Source of the DNA: Polynucleobacter sp.
GTDB lineage: Bacteria > Pseudomonadota > Gammaproteobacteria > Burkholderiales > Burkholderiaceae
Reading direction: 5' to 3'
NCBI GenBank assembly: GCA_016462905.1
Contig: JAEMSI010000002.1
Span: 41,848 to 105,847, forward strand
Length of the DNA: 64,000 nucleotides
Position numbers and translations under genes: made by a program. Of this stretch, positions 22,921-33,377 are shown one piece after another. The notes beneath the pieces were generated by a model that was not told the DNA's origin, searched no databases, and saw nothing but the letters and a program-made list of their open reading frames with translations. The first letter of the stretch is position 1. Each line of letters opens with the position of its first letter.

Positions 22921-23397
22921 TCAAGAGGGAGTCGATGGTTTTTTCATAAGTCGGTTAATTTCACCCCATATTATCAGGAGCGCGCCCAAAGTGATTGCGC
23001 TATCAGCCAGATTAAATGCTGGCCAATGCCAGCCTGCGTAATGAACATCAATAAAGTCCAACACTGCGCCGAAGTGGAGGCGATCGATGACATTGCCAAT
23101 CGCGCCTCCTAAAATGAGGGCAAGTGACCAGCAAAGCAGTCGATCCGACTGATTTTTTTTAATAATCCAGACAATGACTACTGCAGCCACAATCCCGAAG
23201 ATAATGAAAAACCAGCGTTGCCAACCAGCGGCATCCGCTAGAAATGAAAATGCGGCTCCGGGGTTATAAACCAAATACCAATTTAAAAAACGAGTAATCG
23301 GATAGCTTTCACCTAAAACCAAAAATTGCTGGGCAAACCATTTTGCAATTTGATCTACAAAGACAACCTCAATAGCAATGGCTAGATAAAGACGCAT
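22921..23397 (-). CDS. lspA: Lipoprotein signal peptidase II
   Basis: DQIAK, NPGAAFS, GAIGNVIDR, VLDFI and FNLADSAI; downstream of ileS. Confidence 0.97.
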   Translation of the reverse strand: MRLYLAIAIEVVFVDQIAKWFAQQFLVLGESYPITRFLNWYLVYNPGAAFSFLADAAGWQRWFFIIFGIVAAVVIVWIIKKNQSDRLLCWSLALILGGAIGNVIDRLHFGAVLDFIDVHYAGWHWPAFNLADSAITLGALLIIWGEINRLMKKPSTPS

Positions 23398-23410
23398 GAT
23401 TCATTTTCAA

Positions 23411-26269
23411 TTAAGCAAAAAAACGTGATTCACCCACGCCAAATAAATTACTAATGCAGCGTGGGCACAATTCTGGATGCTGTGAATCTTTTCCAATATT
23501 TAGATTGTGATGCCAGCAACGCACACACTTTAAGTGGGGGCTTGCCCCTACCTCGATATGCAGAGCGTCTTTACCTTCTTTAATTTCTGCTTGCGAGGTG
23601 ATCGTGACAAATTTAAGATCATCTTGAAGTGATTTAAGCAATACAAAGTCTTCAGTTGGTGCAGTAATGATTAACTCTGCTTGCAAAGAAGACCCAATAC
23701 TGCCAGCCTCGCGTTTAATTTCAATCGCCTTGGTGATTTCAGAACGGATCGCACGGAGCCTATCCCATTTAATTAATAAGGAATCGGTTTGATCCATTTG
23801 CGGAAAGGCGGTAAAAGTTTCAGTAAAGATTGAAATTCGATGAGTGGAGTTTGGGTGCGGGAATGCCTCCCATGCTTCTTCAGCGGTAAATGATAAGAAT
23901 GGCGATAAGCACTTTAAAAGATTGCGGGTAATGTGGTAAAGCGCATTTTGTGCCGCTCTTCGATTACTGGCATCGGGCGCCATTGTATAGAGACGGTCTT
24001 TTAAAATATCCAAATAGAAACCGCCCAAGTCTTCAGAGCAAAAACTAAGCAGTTTTGATACTGCTGGGTGAAATTCATATTGCCGATAGTGCGCTTCAAT
24101 TTCAGATTGCAAACGAGCTGCTAAGGCAAGGCTATAGCGATCGATTTCGAGCCAATCTGCAGGTGGCAGGCTGTGTTTTTCAATATCAAAGTCAGCCAAG
24201 TTGGCCAATAGGAAACGTAATGTGTTGCGCATGCGCCGATAACTCTCGACTACGCGTTTTAAAATTTCATCCGAAATGGACATTTCTCCAGAGTAATCGG
24301 TGGATGCAACCCAAAGACGAATAATTTCTGCACCTAATTTATCGCCCACTTGTTGAGGTGCAATCACATTGCCAACCGACTTACTCATTTTTCGACCTTG
24401 CCCATCCACAGTAAATCCATGAGTGAGTAATGCTTTATAGGGTGGTTTGCCATCGAGCATAGAGCCAGTTAGTAAAGAAGAATGAAACCAGCCGCGGTGT
24501 TGATCGGAGCCCTCTAAATACAAATCAGCCCAACGCCCATTGGGTTGAGCGCTTTCTTTGGTTAGCAGTTGATCGCGGTGGGATCCGCGAATTACGTGCC
24601 AATGGGTTGTGCCTGAGTCAAACCAAACATCGAGGGTGTCGCGATTTTTTTCATATTGATCGGCTTCCGCTCCTAATAGGGTTTTTAGATCGAGCGCTTG
24701 CCATGCTTCAATCCCGTTTTGCTCAACTAATTTGGCAATCGCTTCAAGTAGCTCTGGAGTTCGAGCATGCGGCTCACCCGTTTCTTTGTGAATGATGAAT
24801 GCCATCGGTACACCCCATTGGCGCTGTCGCGATAGCGTCCAGTCAGGTCGATTGGCAATCATATTATGTAGGCGTTGTTTTCCCCAGGCGGGATAAAACA
24901 GCGTTGTTTCAATTCCTGCCAATGCAGTTTCACGCAATGATTTCTTACCGTCGTTGGGAATCTTGTCCATGCTAGCAAACCATTGCGACGTAGCCCGATA
25001 AATAATGGGCGTTTTATGTCTCCAACAATGCATATACGAGTGGGTATACGACTTTGATTGCAAGAGGCTACCTGCTTTACGCAATGCCTCAACAATCTCA
25101 GGATTTGCTTTCCATACATGCTGATTCGCAAAGAGAGGTAATGTTGATGCAAACACGCCGTTACCCATGACTGGGTTAATGATGTCTGAATCAACTAGAC
25201 CATGGGCTTTGCACGATTTAAAGTCCTCTTCTCCATATGCTGGGGAGGAATGGACTAAGCCAGTACCCGTATCTAAAGTAACATAGTCAGCAGGATAGAT
25301 TGGGCTTAAACGTCGGTAGCCGACATCTAATTTTGCCAAGGGATGCCAGAATGAAATTCCTTCGAGCGCTTTGCCGAGACAACTTGCAATCACAATGCCT
25401 TCAAGTTGATACTCTTTTAAACAATCAGCGGCGCGGTCTTGAGCCAGAATAAATAATTGGTCCTTTGTTTCAATCAGCCCATAAGTTAATTCAGGGTTGA
25501 CATTGAGCGCTTGATTAGAGGGAAGAGTCCAAGGTGTAGTAGTCCAGATGACCGCCATCCCAGGTTTTTTTGGTAATGCTTTGAGACCAAAGGCGCTTGC
25601 TAGTTTTTCATTTTGGGCTTCGTCAAAAGCAAAACCAACATCGACTGCAGGGTCGGTCTTATCTTGGTATTCAACCTCCGCCTCAGCTAAAGCAGAACCA
25701 CAATCAAAACACCAGTTCACTGGTTTTAGGCCTCGGAATACATAGCCCTTTTTCCAAATTTCACCTAGGGCACGAATTTCATCCGCTTCATTTTGAAAGG
25801 CCATCGTCAGATACGGGTTTTCCCAGTCTCCTAGAACCCCAAGCCGCTCAAAATCTTTTTTCTGTTTAGAAACCTGCTCTTGTGCATATTGCCGGGCCTT
25901 AGTTTGGACTTCTGCGACCGGTAAATTCTTGCCAAATTGTTTTTCAATTTGAATTTCAATCGGCATACCATGGCAATCCCAGCCGGGGACATAAACTGCA
26001 TCAAACCCCATCAACCAGCGTGATTTGATAATCATGTCTTTCAAAATTTTATTGACTGCATGGCCAATATGGATATCGCCATTGGCATAAGGGGGGCCAT
26101 CATGCAAAATAAATTGCGTTTGACCAGCATGCGCATTTCGAATGGCTTGGTAGATTTTCTTTTCTTGCCACTGCTTAACCCATTGGGGTTCGCGTTTAGG
26201 CAAATCGCCCCGCATTGGAAAAGGGGTTTCTAATAAATTAACAGGGTAGGAATTTGTTTTTTCAGACAT
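23411..26269 (-). CDS. ileS: Isoleucine--tRNA ligase (bacterial type 1)
   Basis: [20 protein letters not shown] and a C-terminal Zn finger (CVRC...CPRC). Confidence 0.99.
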   Translation of the reverse strand: MSEKTNSYPVNLLETPFPMRGDLPKREPQWVKQWQEKKIYQAIRNAHAGQTQFILHDGPPYANGDIHIGHAVNKILKDMIIKSRWLMGFDAVYVPGWDCHGMPIEIQIEKQFGKNLPVAEVQTKARQYAQEQVSKQKKDFERLGVLGDWENPYLTMAFQNEADEIRALGEIWKKGYVFRGLKPVNWCFDCGSALAEAEVEYQDKTDPAVDVGFAFDEAQNEKLASAFGLKALPKKPGMAVIWTTTPWTLPSNQALNVNPELTYGLIETKDQLFILAQDRAADCLKEYQLEGIVIASCLGKALEGISFWHPLAKLDVGYRRLSPIYPADYVTLDTGTGLVHSSPAYGEEDFKSCKAHGLVDSDIINPVMGNGVFASTLPLFANQHVWKANPEIVEALRKAGSLLQSKSYTHSYMHCWRHKTPIIYRATSQWFASMDKIPNDGKKSLRETALAGIETTLFYPAWGKQRLHNMIANRPDWTLSRQRQWGVPMAFIIHKETGEPHARTPELLEAIAKLVEQNGIEAWQALDLKTLLGAEADQYEKNRDTLDVWFDSGTTHWHVIRGSHRDQLLTKESAQPNGRWADLYLEGSDQHRGWFHSSLLTGSMLDGKPPYKALLTHGFTVDGQGRKMSKSVGNVIAPQQVGDKLGAEIIRLWVASTDYSGEMSISDEILKRVVESYRRMRNTLRFLLANLADFDIEKHSLPPADWLEIDRYSLALAARLQSEIEAHYRQYEFHPAVSKLLSFCSEDLGGFYLDILKDRLYTMAPDASNRRAAQNALYHITRNLLKCLSPFLSFTAEEAWEAFPHPNSTHRISIFTETFTAFPQMDQTDSLLIKWDRLRAIRSEITKAIEIKREAGSIGSSLQAELIITAPTEDFVLLKSLQDDLKFVTITSQAEIKEGKDALHIEVGASPHLKCVRCWHHNLNIGKDSQHPELCPRCISNLFGVGESRFFA

Positions 26270-27212
26270 TATGGGCTTGCTTAAAATAGTGTTGCGCTTG
26301 TAGTGCGTCGTTTTGAATGGCTAACCTCAAGGTATTTAAATCGGAGTATTTTGCTTCATCGCGTAATTTTTTTAATAAGTCCACTTTCACAATGCGACCA
26401 TAGATATTTTCCTTGAAATCGAAAATATGAGCTTCTAGTAAGACTTTCCCAGAGTGATCAACGCTGGGACGGACGCCCAAGCTAGCTACCGCAGGAAGTG
26501 GTTTTGCGGCAATGCCATGAACTTGCGCAACAAAGATACCACTAGTAGCGGGTTTTAAGTTTTCAAAATGATTGGCAACCGCCAAATTAATGGTGGGAAA
26601 TCCCAATTTTCTTCCTAATTGTTGACCATATAAGACGTGTCCTGAAATGGAATAAGTACGCCCCAGCAGTTCTTTAGCATATTCCATATTTCCGTCTTGA
26701 AGTGCTTGGCGCAGGGCAGAGCTTGAAATTCGTTCTTGATTTTCTATCACAGTAGCGATGCTCTCGACCTCAAAACCCCATTTTTTTCCTGCGATTTGTA
26801 GGCTTGAAAAATTGCCCGCCCTTTTTGCGCCATAACAAAAATCATCCCCAATTAATACCCAACGTGCATTTAATTGCTTGAGTAAAATTTCACTGACAAA
26901 TGCTTCTGGATTCAGTTTGGCAAAGGCGGAATTAAAATTTTGTACAAGTACCTGATCGATATTGAGTTTTCCAATTGCTTCTAATTTGTCGCGTAAATTG
27001 AGTATGCGTGGCGGTGCATTGGCTGCGGAGAAGAATTCTTTCGGGTGTGGCTCAAAAGTCATCACGCAACTGGTCAATTGGCGTGCTCTAGCACCCTCTA
27101 CCAATTTACGGAGAAGTGCTTGATGACCGCGATGGACTCCATCAAAATTACCGATGGTAAGAGCGCAAGGGGGTCGAGAAAAATCAGGATTTAGGCTACG
27201 TAATACCTTCAA
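26262..27212 (-). CDS. ribF: Bifunctional riboflavin kinase/FAD synthetase
   Basis: [15 protein letters not shown] and [19 protein letters not shown]. Likely TTG start at 27212; the ORF-track start overlaps purN. Confidence 0.96.
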   Translation of the reverse strand: MKVLRSLNPDFSRPPCALTIGNFDGVHRGHQALLRKLVEGARARQLTSCVMTFEPHPKEFFSAANAPPRILNLRDKLEAIGKLNIDQVLVQNFNSAFAKLNPEAFVSEILLKQLNARWVLIGDDFCYGAKRAGNFSSLQIAGKKWGFEVESIATVIENQERISSSALRQALQDGNMEYAKELLGRTYSISGHVLYGQQLGRKLGFPTINLAVANHFENLKPATSGIFVAQVHGIAAKPLPAVASLGVRPSVDHSGKVLLEAHIFDFKENIYGRIVKVDLLKKLRDEAKYSDLNTLRLAIQNDALQAQHYFKQAHNV

Positions 27213-27251
27213 TGGTCGCTTTCTGAATGACCTTGAATTATATTGTTGCTC

Positions 27252-27884
27252 ATGCATTCAATTGTCTCCTTGATTTCTGGAAGAGGTTCCAATCTTCAGG
27301 CCCTCGTCAAAGCCGCCCAGAATGAGGCTTGGCAGGCCCGTTTTGTGGCCGTGATTAGTAACCAACCGGATGCTAAAGGCCTTGATTTTGCTAGACAAAA
27401 TGGCATTCCTGCGATCGTAGTGAACCATCGTGATTTTGCTAGTCGGGAGGCGTTCGATGAGGCTTTAGCCAAGACGATTGATTCGTTTTCGCCGGATTTA
27501 ATTGCGTTAGCTGGTTTTATGAGGGTTCTTACAGACCCTTTCATTGATCGTTATCAAGGCCGAATGATCAATATTCACCCCTCATTACTACCTCATTTTC
27601 CGGGTCTTCATACCCATGAGCGTGCTTTAGAGGCGGGCGTAAAAAAACATGGCGCCAGCGTTCATTTTGTGACCAGGGTGGTTGATGAAGGACCTATTAT
27701 TTGTCAGGGTGAGGTGCCAGTTTTACCAAATGATGATGCCGATACTTTGGCGGCTCGGGTTTTAAAAATGGAACACAGGATTTACCCTTTGGCGGTTAAA
27801 TGGTTTATAAACGGGCGATTACATCAAGAAGGATCACAAGTGCAAATTAGCCCACCCGAATCACAATATATTGTTCAAGCATGA
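27252..27884 (+). CDS. purN: Phosphoribosylglycinamide formyltransferase
   Basis: LISGRGSNL, LAGFMRVL, INIHPSLLP and HFV...DEGP. Confidence 0.98.
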   Translation: MHSIVSLISGRGSNLQALVKAAQNEAWQARFVAVISNQPDAKGLDFARQNGIPAIVVNHRDFASREAFDEALAKTIDSFSPDLIALAGFMRVLTDPFIDRYQGRMINIHPSLLPHFPGLHTHERALEAGVKKHGASVHFVTRVVDEGPIICQGEVPVLPNDDADTLAARVLKMEHRIYPLAVKWFINGRLHQEGSQVQISPPESQYIVQA

Positions 27885-29323
27885 ATCGTGAACGCAAACC
27901 TAGAACGACCGGCACTAGAAAAGTTCAGGTATTTAAAGGCCCACAACGAAAATCGCCTGAATTAGTTACCACGGCAGGGCAAAAGAATTTTTCGCACGCC
28001 AAAGCCTTGCCTCAACATGCCCTGCATTTAGAAAAATTGCTGCCAGAGCTTTTGCGATTTGAACAGCCCTCGGACCGAGTGGTAAGTCGTTATTTTCGCG
28101 CTGAACCTCGCTTAGGAAATCGTGACCGAGCTTTGATTGCAGAAAGTGCCTTTGCTATTTTGCGTAGAAAAAACGAAATTGCCCAATTTGCGGTGAGTGG
28201 TAGTGGACCGCAAGCAAGGCGTTTAGCTTTATTAGGAATGATGTCTGCTTTGTCTGAAGGTGGCTTGGGCTCGGCGCAGCGTTTTGAGAGTGCCTTAGCC
28301 GACTTAGCCTTTGTTCTTCAGCCTGGCGAACTTGAATGGTTGCAACGCTACGTTCATCTAGAGCGCGAGTCTTTAGGACCAATGGTCCGTAATAATTTGC
28401 CAGAGTGGTTATGGCTTGCATTTGCAAAATACCCTGGCGAAGATCAGCGTGAAGCCTTAGCTCAAGCGTTAATGAAACCGGCGCCACTCGATTTGCGAGC
28501 CAACACAATAAAGATTACGCGCACCGATTTAATGGAGCAAATCAATGCAAATGAGAGTCGCTATAAAGCGGTTGTGACTCCCTATGCTCCCGATGGATTG
28601 CGAATTATTGGCAAACCTTCATTACAAAATACCACCTGGTTTAAGGAGGGATTTTTAGAAGTACAGGACGAGGGCAGTCAAATGCTGTGTTATTTAGTAA
28701 GTCCTAAGCGCGGTGAAATGGTGGTTGATTTTTGTGCTGGCGCAGGCGGAAAAACCTTGGCAATGGGCGCTATGATGCGGTCAACTGGGCGCTTATACGC
28801 ATTTGATACTTCTGCGCGGCGCTTAGCTAATCTGAAACCGCGGCAAGCTAGAAGTGGTTTATCGAACGTCCACCCAGTGTGGATAGATAGTGAAAATGAC
28901 CCCAAGATTAAGCGCCTAGCTGGGAAGATTGATCGCGTTTTAGTGGATGCACCCTGCAGTGGAATTGGAACTTTAAGGCGCAATCCCGATTTGAAATGGC
29001 GCCAAACCCCCGAAGCCGTTACTGAGCTAAATCTAAAGCAAACCCATATTTTAAATTCGGCTGCACGTTTATTAAAACCGGGTGGCCGTCTAGTCTATGC
29101 CACGTGTAGTTTGTTGCCCTCGGAAAACCAAGAAATCGCTCAGCAATTCCTTAAAAATCACCCTGAATTTGAGGTTTTACCTGCTTCCGAAGCCTTAAAA
29201 GGGTATTTTTTGCATGGTGAAATGCCGATTGGATGCAGTGTTGATAACCCTTGGTGGCAACTTTGGCCGCATTTACATGGCACGGATGGTTTTTTTGGGG
29301 CAATTTTCGTCCGAAAGCCTTAA
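27881..29323 (+). CDS. RsmB/NOP (Fmu/Sun-like) RNA m5C methyltransferase
   Basis: QDEGSQ, DFCAGAGGK, DAPCSG and YATCS catalytic motifs, HGTDGFF; ATGA overlap with purN. Confidence 0.92.
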   Translation: MNRERKPRTTGTRKVQVFKGPQRKSPELVTTAGQKNFSHAKALPQHALHLEKLLPELLRFEQPSDRVVSRYFRAEPRLGNRDRALIAESAFAILRRKNEIAQFAVSGSGPQARRLALLGMMSALSEGGLGSAQRFESALADLAFVLQPGELEWLQRYVHLERESLGPMVRNNLPEWLWLAFAKYPGEDQREALAQALMKPAPLDLRANTIKITRTDLMEQINANESRYKAVVTPYAPDGLRIIGKPSLQNTTWFKEGFLEVQDEGSQMLCYLVSPKRGEMVVDFCAGAGGKTLAMGAMMRSTGRLYAFDTSARRLANLKPRQARSGLSNVHPVWIDSENDPKIKRLAGKIDRVLVDAPCSGIGTLRRNPDLKWRQTPEAVTELNLKQTHILNSAARLLKPGGRLVYATCSLLPSENQEIAQQFLKNHPEFEVLPASEALKGYFLHGEMPIGCSVDNPWWQLWPHLHGTDGFFGAIFVRKP

Positions 29324-29359
29324 AATTGAGGGTTACAACGATTGCAATAGGAGAGTGGC

Positions 29360-30568
29360 TTGGAAATTGGCTTTGATTTGACTCAGTTTCAGGACAATAT
29401 GTTGAACTGGCTTGGTAACGGTTTGCTAGATTGGTCTTGGTGGCAAATTGCCCTTTTTACTCTGCTTGTGACTCACATCACGATTGCTGCCGTAACTATC
29501 TTTTTGCATCGCTGCCAGGCACACCGTGCACTCGATCTACATTCGATTCCGTCGCATTTTTTCCGACTTTGGTTGTGGTTAACCACCGGAATGGTGACTA
29601 AACAATGGGCGGCTGTCCATCGAAAGCATCATGCTAAATGCGAAACCAAGGAAGATCCGCATAGCCCGCAAATTTTAGGGATCAATGAAGTTCTTTTACG
29701 CGGCGCCGAGTTATACAAAGATGAGGCAGCCAAACAAGACACGCTTGATAAATTTGGTCATGGAACTCCTGACGATTGGATTGAAAATCATATTTATTCC
29801 AAATACAGTTGGCAAGGCGTTGGTTTAATGCTAATTATCGACGTCATTTTATTTGGCGCTATTGGTGCGACTGTATGGGCTATTCAAATGCTTTGGATTC
29901 CAATAACCGCAGCCGGTGTCATCAACGGGATTGGGCACTTTTGGGGATACCGTAATTTTGATTGCGAGGATGCCTCTAAAAATATTGTTCCATGGGGCAT
30001 CTTGATTGGCGGGGAAGAATTGCATAACAACCATCACACTTACGCAACCAGTGCCAAGTTATCTAATAAATGGTATGAGTTTGATATTGGCTGGTTTTAT
30101 ATTCGCTGCTTAAGCGCATTGGGACTGGCTACGATTAAGAAAGTTCCGCCTAAGCCAGTATTGGCAGATGTTCGTCCAGCCGATCAAGACACCCTCGAAG
30201 CCATCATTGCCAATCGCTATGAAGTGATGGCTCGCTACAGCAAGACGCTCCAACGTTTTTATGCCACTGAATTACATCATCTACAAGAGATTGCAAGCAA
30301 TCTTAAAGATACTCGTAATTGGCTATCAAAAGACGAATCCCGTTTAAGTGATGATGAGAAAAATCAGTTAGAGCAATTAATGAAAAACAATTCTCAATTG
30401 CGCAAGATGATTGAAATGCGCCGTGAATTGCATTTGATTTGGAGCCGCTCCACGGCCTCACAGGAGCAATTAGTCGATCAACTGCGCGCTTGGTGTCATC
30501 GTGCCGAGGAGTCTGGTAATGCAATATTGCGCGACTTTTCTTTACGCTTGCGCCGCTATTCTAATTAA
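29360..30568 (+). CDS. Membrane acyl-CoA (delta-9-type) fatty-acid desaturase with an extra C-terminal helical domain
   Basis: Three His boxes: HRCQAH, HRKHH, HNNHH. AGGAG SD before a TTG start. Confidence 0.92.
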   Translation: MEIGFDLTQFQDNMLNWLGNGLLDWSWWQIALFTLLVTHITIAAVTIFLHRCQAHRALDLHSIPSHFFRLWLWLTTGMVTKQWAAVHRKHHAKCETKEDPHSPQILGINEVLLRGAELYKDEAAKQDTLDKFGHGTPDDWIENHIYSKYSWQGVGLMLIIDVILFGAIGATVWAIQMLWIPITAAGVINGIGHFWGYRNFDCEDASKNIVPWGILIGGEELHNNHHTYATSAKLSNKWYEFDIGWFYIRCLSALGLATIKKVPPKPVLADVRPADQDTLEAIIANRYEVMARYSKTLQRFYATELHHLQEIASNLKDTRNWLSKDESRLSDDEKNQLEQLMKNNSQLRKMIEMRRELHLIWSRSTASQEQLVDQLRAWCHRAEESGNAILRDFSLRLRRYSN

Positions 30569-30583
30569 CCCATTCGAATCGAT

Positions 30584-30615
30584 ATAAAAAAACCCGCTTG
30601 ATGCGGGTTTTTTAT
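30584..30615. terminator. Bidirectional terminator between the desaturase and rpmG
   Basis: AAAAAACCCGC-ttgat-GCGGGTTTTTT. Confidence 0.9.
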
Positions 30616-30629
30616 TGTGTTTTAACGAG

Positions 30630-30797
30630 TTATTTGATCTTCGTTTCTTTATAAGAAACGTGCTTACGAACCTTAGGATCGAATTTCATGATCTCCATCT
30701 TTTCAGGAGTAGTTCTTTTGTTTTTGGTAGTGGTATAAAAATGACCAGTTCCCGCACTGGATTCCAATTTAATTTTCTCTCTTCCGCCTTTTGCCAT
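30630..30797 (-). CDS. rpmG: 50S ribosomal protein L33 (55 aa, zinc-free type); missing from the ORF track
   Basis: Manual translation: [55 protein letters not shown]. Confidence 0.98.
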   Translation of the reverse strand: MAKGGREKIKLESSAGTGHFYTTTKNKRTTPEKMEIMKFDPKVRKHVSYKETKIK

Positions 30798-30811
30798 TAC
30801 AGTTCTTTCTT

Positions 30812-31045
30812 TTAAACTTGGCCGCGAGCGCGAAGGTCGGCGAGAACAGAATCAATTCCATTCTTGTCGATAAGGCGCAAGCCAGCATTGGTTAAACGCA
30901 GGCTTACCCAGCGATTCTCAGATTCAACCCAGAAACGACGATTTTGCAGATTAGGCAAAAAGCGACGCTTAGTTTTGTTATTTGCATGGGAAACATTATT
31001 GCCAACCATTGGCTTTTTCCCAGTGACTTGGCAAACTTTTGCCAT
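30812..31045 (-). CDS. rpmB: 50S ribosomal protein L28
   Basis: [34 protein letters not shown]; AAGGAG SD. Confidence 0.99.
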   Translation of the reverse strand: MAKVCQVTGKKPMVGNNVSHANNKTKRRFLPNLQNRRFWVESENRWVSLRLTNAGLRLIDKNGIDSVLADLRARGQV

Positions 31046-31074
31046 GACACTCTCCTTAATTACGAAAAACAATG

Positions 31075-31083
31075 ATTGTAGCA
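31075..31083 (-). promoter_or_regulatory. Extended -10 promoter for rpmB-rpmG
   Basis: Minus strand TG-C-TACAAT (31083-31075), about 30 nt upstream of the ATG. Confidence 0.6.
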
Positions 31084-31174
31084 GTCTATGTAGCTTTGAA
31101 TCTAGTCCTGTGTTGTTGTAGGAGTTATTTGTCGTATTTACTGTATATTATTTTTTAGAAGTTAGTATTCACTA

Positions 31175-31876
31175 TCATTTTCGGCTTTCCTGGTGTTGTT
31201 GGGGCATGAGACCCGCATCGGCAAATGAAAAAAATCCCCCAGCAGAAACAATGCAGTGATCCAATAGGTGAATATCTACCAGACTCAAAGCCTTGGATAG
31301 GGTATCGGTGATGTTTTCATCATCCTTGCTGGGTAGCGGGCTACCACTAGGGTGGTTATGAGCCACAATCAAGGCGCTAGCATTTCGAGCCAAGGACTCT
31401 TTAATGATTTCCCTTGGATATACGGCAGTATGGGCAATCGAGCCCCTAAAAATAGTCTGACACTCAATCAGGCGGTTACAAGAGTCGAGGTAGAGACAAA
31501 CAAAGACTTCATGGGGTAGATGGGCTATTTTGGCCTGCAATAAGTCCTTTGCTTGGCTTGAGGAGGTCAAAACAGCACTTCGAATTAAGTTTTTTTCTAA
31601 GCTGCGCTTAACTAATTCATAGGCTGCCTTAATCTGCGACCATTTTGAAAGCCCAATACCTTGGCAGGCACTAAGCTCTTTCATTTCGCAAGCAAGTAAT
31701 TGAGGAAGGCTGCCAAATTGGGAGAGTAAATCCTCGGCAAGCCGAATCGCATTCTTTCCTTTAATCCCAACCCTTAAAAAGATCGCCAAGAGTTCTGCAT
31801 CGCTGAGCGCCTCTGCCCCTAATAACTTCAGTTTTTCACGGGGCTGTTGGTTTTTTGGCCATTGGGAAATCGGCAG
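31175..31876 (-). CDS. radC: RadC/JAB-domain (UPF0758) protein; start codon unclear
   Basis: QPREKL..LGAEALSDAELLAIFLR and JAB motif E...HNHPSG..PSKDD. Homology begins near LPISQWP (CTG at 31876); the ORF-track 5' extension overlaps the FKBP gene. Confidence 0.85.
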   Translation of the reverse strand: MPISQWPKNQQPREKLKLLGAEALSDAELLAIFLRVGIKGKNAIRLAEDLLSQFGSLPQLLACEMKELSACQGIGLSKWSQIKAAYELVKRSLEKNLIRSAVLTSSSQAKDLLQAKIAHLPHEVFVCLYLDSCNRLIECQTIFRGSIAHTAVYPREIIKESLARNASALIVAHNHPSGSPLPSKDDENITDTLSKALSLVDIHLLDHCIVSAGGFFSFADAGLMPQQHQESRK

Positions 31877-31912
31877 TTGGGTAGCATTCTTAGCTCTCGC
31901 TACAATATTGGA

Positions 31913-32359
31913 ATGACTACTTCTCAGGTTTTTCCGAATTCGTATTTGACCCTCAACTACAGGATCGTCCTGCCGAACGGGGAGGACTATATCAATACTT
32001 TTGTCGATGGTGCCGCTACTATTTTGATGGGATCTGGACAATTTGCGCCTTGTTTTGAAAAAGTGTTAATTGGTCTTGCTAAAGGTCAGCGCAAAAGCGC
32101 TGTGATTCGACCCGAAGAAGCATTTGGTCTTCATAAACAGGAATTAATCCAATTTGTATCGATGGCAACTCTGTTGGCTAATACCGATGAGGTTCCAGAG
32201 TTTGCTCCTGGTGATATGGTCGAATTTAATGCACCCAGCGGGGCTCAATACGCCGGTATTCTGCAATCGATTAATGAAGAAGGGGCTTGGTTTGACTTTA
32301 ATCATCCGCTAGCCGGTAAAGAGTTAATGTTTGAAGCAGAAATCGTAGCCATCCTTTAA
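31913..32359 (+). CDS. FKBP-type peptidyl-prolyl isomerase (SlpA/FkpB-like)
   Basis: LTLNYRI, GSGQF, PEEAFG and [14 protein letters not shown]; directly upstream of ispH; ATG at 31913. Confidence 0.9.
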   Translation: MTTSQVFPNSYLTLNYRIVLPNGEDYINTFVDGAATILMGSGQFAPCFEKVLIGLAKGQRKSAVIRPEEAFGLHKQELIQFVSMATLLANTDEVPEFAPGDMVEFNAPSGAQYAGILQSINEEGAWFDFNHPLAGKELMFEAEIVAIL

Positions 32360-32396
32360 CTCTCTGAATGCAATGAATAAAACTAAGGAAGATACG

Positions 32397-33338
32397 ATGG
32401 GCGAAGCAGGCGAAATCATGTTGGCACAGCCACGCGGATTTTGCGCAGGCGTTGATCGTGCCATCAATATCGTGAACGAGGCACTGCATCGTTTTGGGGC
32501 CCCCATTTACGTTCGCCATGAAATTGTGCACAACAAGTACGTGGTCGATGAATTGCGAGACAAGGGCGCTATTTTTGTCGACGAATTGGAAGAAATTCCA
32601 AAAGGATCGATTGTTGTCTACAGTGCCCATGGAGTCTCGCAACAGGTTCGACGTGATGCCGAGGCACGGGGATTGCAAGTGTATGACGCGACTTGTCCGC
32701 TGGTAACCAAAGTACACGTTGAGGTTATTAAACTTTGTAAAGATGGCTATACGGTTTTGATGATTGGGCATGCTGGCCATCCTGAAGTGGAGGGCACCAT
32801 GGGTCAAGTCGATTCGGGGGTATTGCTGATTGAAGATATGGCTGATGTTGAAAAACTCCCTTTTTCTGCAGAGGAAAAACTTGCTTTTGTGACTCAAACT
32901 ACCCTATCGGTAGATGAAACCAAAGAAATTGTCGATGTTTTAATGAAAAAGTTTCCTAAGATTATTCAACCTAAAAAACAAGATATTTGTTATGCCACGC
33001 AAAATCGCCAAGATGCGGTTAAGTTCATGGCACCTCAGGTTGATTTAGTGATTGTGGTGGGAAGTAAGGCAAGCTCCAACTCGAATCGCTTGCGTGAATT
33101 GGCTGAAAAATTGGGCGTACCTGCTTACATGGTTGACTCGCCTGATCAACTTGAGGCCAAATGGTTTGAGGGTAAGAAACGCGTGGGTTTAACAGCTGGC
33201 GCATCTGCGCCCGAAACTTTAGCGCAAGCGATTGTTACGAAGATTCAAGAATTTAGCCCAAGAAGCATCCGCACTTTGCCGGGCGTGGTTGAAGATATTA
33301 CATTCTCTTTGCCAAAAAATTTAATACACCCTGGTTAA
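32397..33338 (+). CDS. ispH: 4-hydroxy-3-methylbut-2-enyl diphosphate reductase
   Basis: [35 protein letters not shown] and TAGASAPE; ATG at 32397 follows an AAGGA SD. Confidence 0.98.
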   Translation: MGEAGEIMLAQPRGFCAGVDRAINIVNEALHRFGAPIYVRHEIVHNKYVVDELRDKGAIFVDELEEIPKGSIVVYSAHGVSQQVRRDAEARGLQVYDATCPLVTKVHVEVIKLCKDGYTVLMIGHAGHPEVEGTMGQVDSGVLLIEDMADVEKLPFSAEEKLAFVTQTTLSVDETKEIVDVLMKKFPKIIQPKKQDICYATQNRQDAVKFMAPQVDLVIVVGSKASSNSNRLRELAEKLGVPAYMVDSPDQLEAKWFEGKKRVGLTAGASAPETLAQAIVTKIQEFSPRSIRTLPGVVEDITFSLPKNLIHPG

Positions 33339-33377
33339 AAATAAGAAGTCTTGAAGGCAGGCTAAGGAAGATCGAAA

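Noticed and set aside
30170-30568. Active insertion sequence in the desaturase 3' region
   Set aside because: The segment is in frame with the desaturase and lacks the DDE core, inverted repeats and target duplications.
31877-32041. Long N-terminal extension of radC and the reciprocal extension of the FKBP ORF (31847-31912)
   Set aside because: The two extensions overlap each other's conserved coding regions and show no homology, so they look like ORF-caller artefacts.
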